A stretch of DNA of 64,000 nucleotides from a virus (Duplodnaviria > Caudoviricetes). Of the stretch, positions 61,595-64,000 are shown one piece after another. Made by a program: the position numbers and the translations under genes. Numbering within the stretch: the first letter of the stretch is position 1; each line of letters opens with the position of its first letter. The notes beneath the pieces were generated by a model. That model saw nothing but the letters and a program-made list of their open reading frames with translations, did not search any database and was not told the DNA's origin. The stretch lies in IMG/VR virus record IMGVR_UViG_3300025912_000012, positions 1-64,000 of that record. The stretch is one strand, 5' to 3'.

Positions 61595-61920
61595 ACTATC
61601 TCGCAGTAAGCATCCCCCACACAGGAGACACCTTCGCACAGGCATTCCTGTGGCTTGAAAGGTCTGCACGCGGTCTGGGTGTGCTCACCATCCTGGGAGT
61701 GTTCGTTTTCAGGATGGGAGCTTCCTGGAGGCATCTCCTGGAAATCTTCATCATCCTGATCCTCGGGGTGTGGTTCGTCCCGAGTATGGTCCCCCCGAAA
61801 GCCTCTGCGGTGATCGCGACGGTAAACACGGGGGGTGCTGCCGGTGCCACCGGGGCTTCCTGGGGGATGCTGGCACTGCTGGTCGCGCTGGTCGCGGTAG
61901 TCATATACGCATACAGGTAA
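61591..61920 (+). CDS. membrane protein (paralogue-like to upstream)
   Basis: Three hydrophobic helices. Confidence 0.75.
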   Translation: MNYLAVSIPHTGDTFAQAFLWLERSARGLGVLTILGVFVFRMGASWRHLLEIFIILILGVWFVPSMVPPKASAVIATVNTGGAAGATGASWGMLALLVALVAVVIYAYR

Positions 61921-62071
61921 AGGAACAGAAACATGAGCGGAACGGTAGACCGCAGGGGTACAAGCAAGGGCAGGAAGGTCGCAATCGTCGTGTTCATCTT
62001 CCTCGCGGTCGGGGTTGTCATGGACGGGGCACACCACTGGCATCTGCTGCATCAGTTTCTCGGGCACTGAC

Positions 62072-62227
62072 ATGGACGCGAAGGTTATCGCCGGGTGGCT
62101 TGCGCTCGCGCTGGTCATCTTCTGGGTGGTTCTGAGCCCCACGAGCGCTGCGCATGTGGTGCATAACATCGGAACGTTCCTCAGCAGTGCAGCGGACGGG
62201 ATCATGAATTTTTTCAGCAAAATCTAG
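62072..62227 (+). CDS. small membrane protein
   Basis: MDAKVIAGWLALALVIFWV... Confidence 0.75.
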   Translation: MDAKVIAGWLALALVIFWVVLSPTSAAHVVHNIGTFLSSAADGIMNFFSKI

Positions 62228-62228
62228 T

Positions 62229-62257
62229 TTGACAGCACTCCGGTGGCATGGTATCTT
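62229..62257 (+). promoter_or_regulatory. strong promoter of the tRNA array
   Basis: TTGACA-17-TATCTT with TGn extended -10. Confidence 0.8.
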
Positions 62258-62263
62258 GGTTCC

Positions 62264-62350
62264 ATGACCACCAAGCGTGCGAAACTAGCGACAGGGCGAC
62301 AGTCGTCGTCTTGGTGCGCGTTCACGCATCCTAGGTGGCTCCCTGGTTAG
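62264..62350 (+). CDS. putative leaderless leader peptide (28 aa)
   Basis: ATG 6 nt after the -10; MTTKRAKLATGRQSSSWCAFTHPRWLPG*. Confidence 0.65.
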   Translation: MTTKRAKLATGRQSSSWCAFTHPRWLPG

Positions 62351-62415
62351 GGGAAATAATCCTCTAGACAGGGAGCCCGCCAGGAGAGTAAGATTCTCAC
62401 CTGACGGGCTCTTTT
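62337..62415 (+). terminator. attenuator: antiterminator 62337-62377 overlapping terminator 62373-62415
   Basis: Two hairpins share GAGCC; the second is followed by TTTT. Confidence 0.72.
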
Positions 62416-62428
62416 CAACTGCATATAT

Positions 62429-62500
62429 GGGGAGATAGTTCAACGGTCAGAATTTCCGGCTCCAACCCGGAAGATGTGGGTTCGAATCCTACTCGCCCTG
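62429..62500 (+). tRNA. tRNA-Trp(CCA)
   Basis: Cloverleaf, loop CTCCAAC, GGTTCGAATCC. Confidence 0.88.
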
Positions 62501-62589
62501 CGTTACGCCTCTCGTACAGGCTTGCTAAATTGAAAACTACATCTTTTCAGTACAGGTCGGGGGACGGGTTGTGGTACCGTCCTCCGCAT

Positions 62590-62663
62590 GGGCTGCTAGC
62601 TCCAATTGGCAGAGCAACTCCTTTGCACGGAGAAGGCTATCGGTTCGAATCCGATGCGGTCCA
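62590..62663 (+). tRNA. tRNA-Ala(TGC)
   Basis: Cloverleaf, loop TTTGCAC, G3.U70. Confidence 0.92.
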
Positions 62664-62664
62664 C

Positions 62665-62862
62665 GTGGCAGATAAGAAACTATCAGATGACCTGATTCGC
62701 TGGATCAGGACAGTCAATCTCCCCCAGCGGGTGGTTGCGCACCAGCTGAAACGTAATCACGGGATCACGGTTGACCAGTCACTGATATGGCAGATCAGGG
62801 CAGGCAAGAAATACGCAGACGTTTCAGCTGTCCCCCCGCTTGACACTCTCGGGGATAGCTGA
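62665..62862 (+). CDS. small HTH-like protein within the tRNA array
   Basis: KLSDDLIRWIR...VDQSLIWQIRAGKKY resembles HNH-associated HTH tails. Confidence 0.55.
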   Translation: MADKKLSDDLIRWIRTVNLPQRVVAHQLKRNHGITVDQSLIWQIRAGKKYADVSAVPPLDTLGDS

Positions 62863-62928
62863 TAGATTTCCTCTCGTTCCCCCGTTGACTTGCTCCTCAG
62901 GAGCACTCGGGGTTCTCGGGGGAACACA

Positions 62929-63002
62929 TGCCAGCTCGTCTAACGTAAGACACCCGTCCTGATAAGACGGGAGATGGTGATAGCGTAATTCACCGCTGGC
63001 CC
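62929..63002 (+). tRNA. tRNA-Ile(GAT), atypical T-loop
   Basis: Loop CTGATAA, D-arm and acceptor GCCAGC/GCTGGC; T-loop TAGCGTAAT lacks TTC. Confidence 0.65.
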
Positions 63003-63005
63003 TAT

Positions 63006-63078
63006 GGGGCTGTAGCTCAGCTGGCAGAGCACCTGCATGGCGTGCAGGGGGTCCGGGGTTCGAGTCCCCGTCGCTCCA
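63006..63078 (+). tRNA. tRNA-Ala(GGC)
   Basis: Canonical cloverleaf, G3.U70. Confidence 0.93.
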
Positions 63079-63100
63079 CGCAAAAGCGAAGGAGAAAAGA

Positions 63101-63232
63101 ATGGCTAAGAGCAGGGTCAGGAAATGGCTAGGGACTGACGTATCGCTCCGCAAGGCAATGATCTTCATGGTGTTCGTGATGGTTGCCTTGTTCTTGCTCG
63201 CGGTATTCGGGGTGATACAGCCCAGCAAGTAG
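63101..63232 (+). CDS. small membrane protein
   Basis: SD AAGGAG; one TM helix. Confidence 0.65.
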   Translation: MAKSRVRKWLGTDVSLRKAMIFMVFVMVALFLLAVFGVIQPSK

Positions 63233-63274
63233 TGTTAATCAGGATCGAGGAAGACGGTAATCTGCCGCGTGGAG

Positions 63275-63772
63275 ATGGACACTCACCTGAAGGGCGAGTT
63301 CGCTGTCCTGAAGGTCTTGATGCGAGCGGTAGAAAAAGGCTGGATAGCTAGTCGTCCGACCCGAGAGTGCCGATACGATCTAGTGCTAGATGATAAGGTT
63401 AAGCTCTATCGAGTTCAAGTTAAGTATGCTAATCGGCTAGCATCTCACACTAAAGGAGCGATTCATCTAGCTCTTACGCAAAGTGGAATAAGAAAAAAGA
63501 ATCCCTACCTAGATAGCGAAGTGGATGCACTAATTGTCTACATCGCACCAGCAGACATGTTGATCTGGCTAGAGACAAGTCATTTCCACAAGAAACGACA
63601 GCTCCATATTAGATATGAACCAGGCAAAAATAAGCAGAGGCAGGGAATTCTTCTTGCTGAGAATTACATTTGGTTAGCGGCTTATAGTGTAAGGGTAAGC
63701 GCGCTGGTCTCGGGGACCAGCAGACCAGGTTCGAGTCCTGGTAAGCCGACTAGGCAAGCCACGTGCCTTTAG
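63275..63772 (+). CDS. PD-(D/E)XK homing-type endonuclease (I-Ssp6803I-like)
   Basis: KGEFA...RYDLV...RVQVK...Y...EVD; AT-rich relative to flanks. Confidence 0.85.
   Translation: MDTHLKGEFAVLKVLMRAVEKGWIASRPTRECRYDLVLDDKVKLYRVQVKYANRLASHTKGAIHLALTQSGIRKKNPYLDSEVDALIVYIAPADMLIWLETSHFHKKRQLHIRYEPGKNKQRQGILLAENYIWLAAYSVRVSALVSGTSRPGSSPGKPTRQATCL
63678..63749 (+). tRNA. tRNA-Pro(CGG)
   Basis: Acceptor CGGCTTA/TAAGCCG, loop CTCGGGG, GGTTCGAGTCC. Confidence 0.88.
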
Positions 63773-63817
63773 CTGCCACCCTTGCTAGCAGGTTGAACGG
63801 GCAGCATGTGGCACCAT

Positions 63818-63888
63818 CCGGATGTAGTGAAGGGGTAAAACGCCAGCCCTGGGAGCTGGAGTCGGAGGTTCGAATCCTCCCATCTGGA
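63818..63888 (+). tRNA. tRNA-Pro (TGG by stem register, C33)
   Basis: Acceptor CCGGATG/CATCTGG, stem CCAGC/GCTGG, loop CCTGGGA. Confidence 0.82.
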
Positions 63889-64000
63889 CGCAGCTGAGTT
63901 CTCCCCCCTGTAAGTTCAGCTGTAATATGATGCGCATGAAAAGATCAGTATCCCGGGCGACTCAGTGGAGACTGGAAACGGTCTGTTGAGGCTCAGAGAT

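Overview
This window looks like a 64-kb segment of a large, GC-rich actinobacteriophage genome. No capsid, tail, terminase large subunit or integrase gene is recognisable, so the phage call rests on gene content. All protein family calls are by-eye motif recognition; no database was searched. Layout: (1) 1-3860 is a densely base-paired zone with five small genes and several non-coding inserts, each enclosed by its own ~20-33 bp stem. (2) 3.9-31.6 kb holds ~80 short, tightly packed + strand genes, mostly hypothetical or membrane/lipoproteins, plus an SGNH hydrolase, a muconolactone-isomerase-like protein, a TIM-barrel epimerase, DUF3631- and DUF932-like proteins, an AAA ATPase and a LysM protein. 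(3) 31.7-55.6 kb is a mostly - strand replication/recombination/nucleotide block: two WhiB, beta-clamp, vWA, SSB, LexA-like, exonuclease, primase-helicase, RusA, HNH, class II RNR, PD-(D/E)XK exonuclease, MazG-like, Rad52-like SSAP, DNA methyltransferase and two ParB-like proteins. (4) 55.7-62.2 kb has RtcB, secreted proteins and a lytic transglycosylase. (5) 62.2-64 kb is the start of a tRNA array with an inserted PD-(D/E)XK endonuclease. The two best candidates for undescribed systems are: (a) the array of stem-enclosed genes at 899-2962, where each 5' arm can pair either locally over the SD/AUG (off) or with an arm just past the stop codon (on); and (b) a leaderless, codon-diverse leader peptide with a competing antiterminator/terminator directly upstream of the tRNA array, which looks like an attenuator that induces phage tRNAs when translation stalls.
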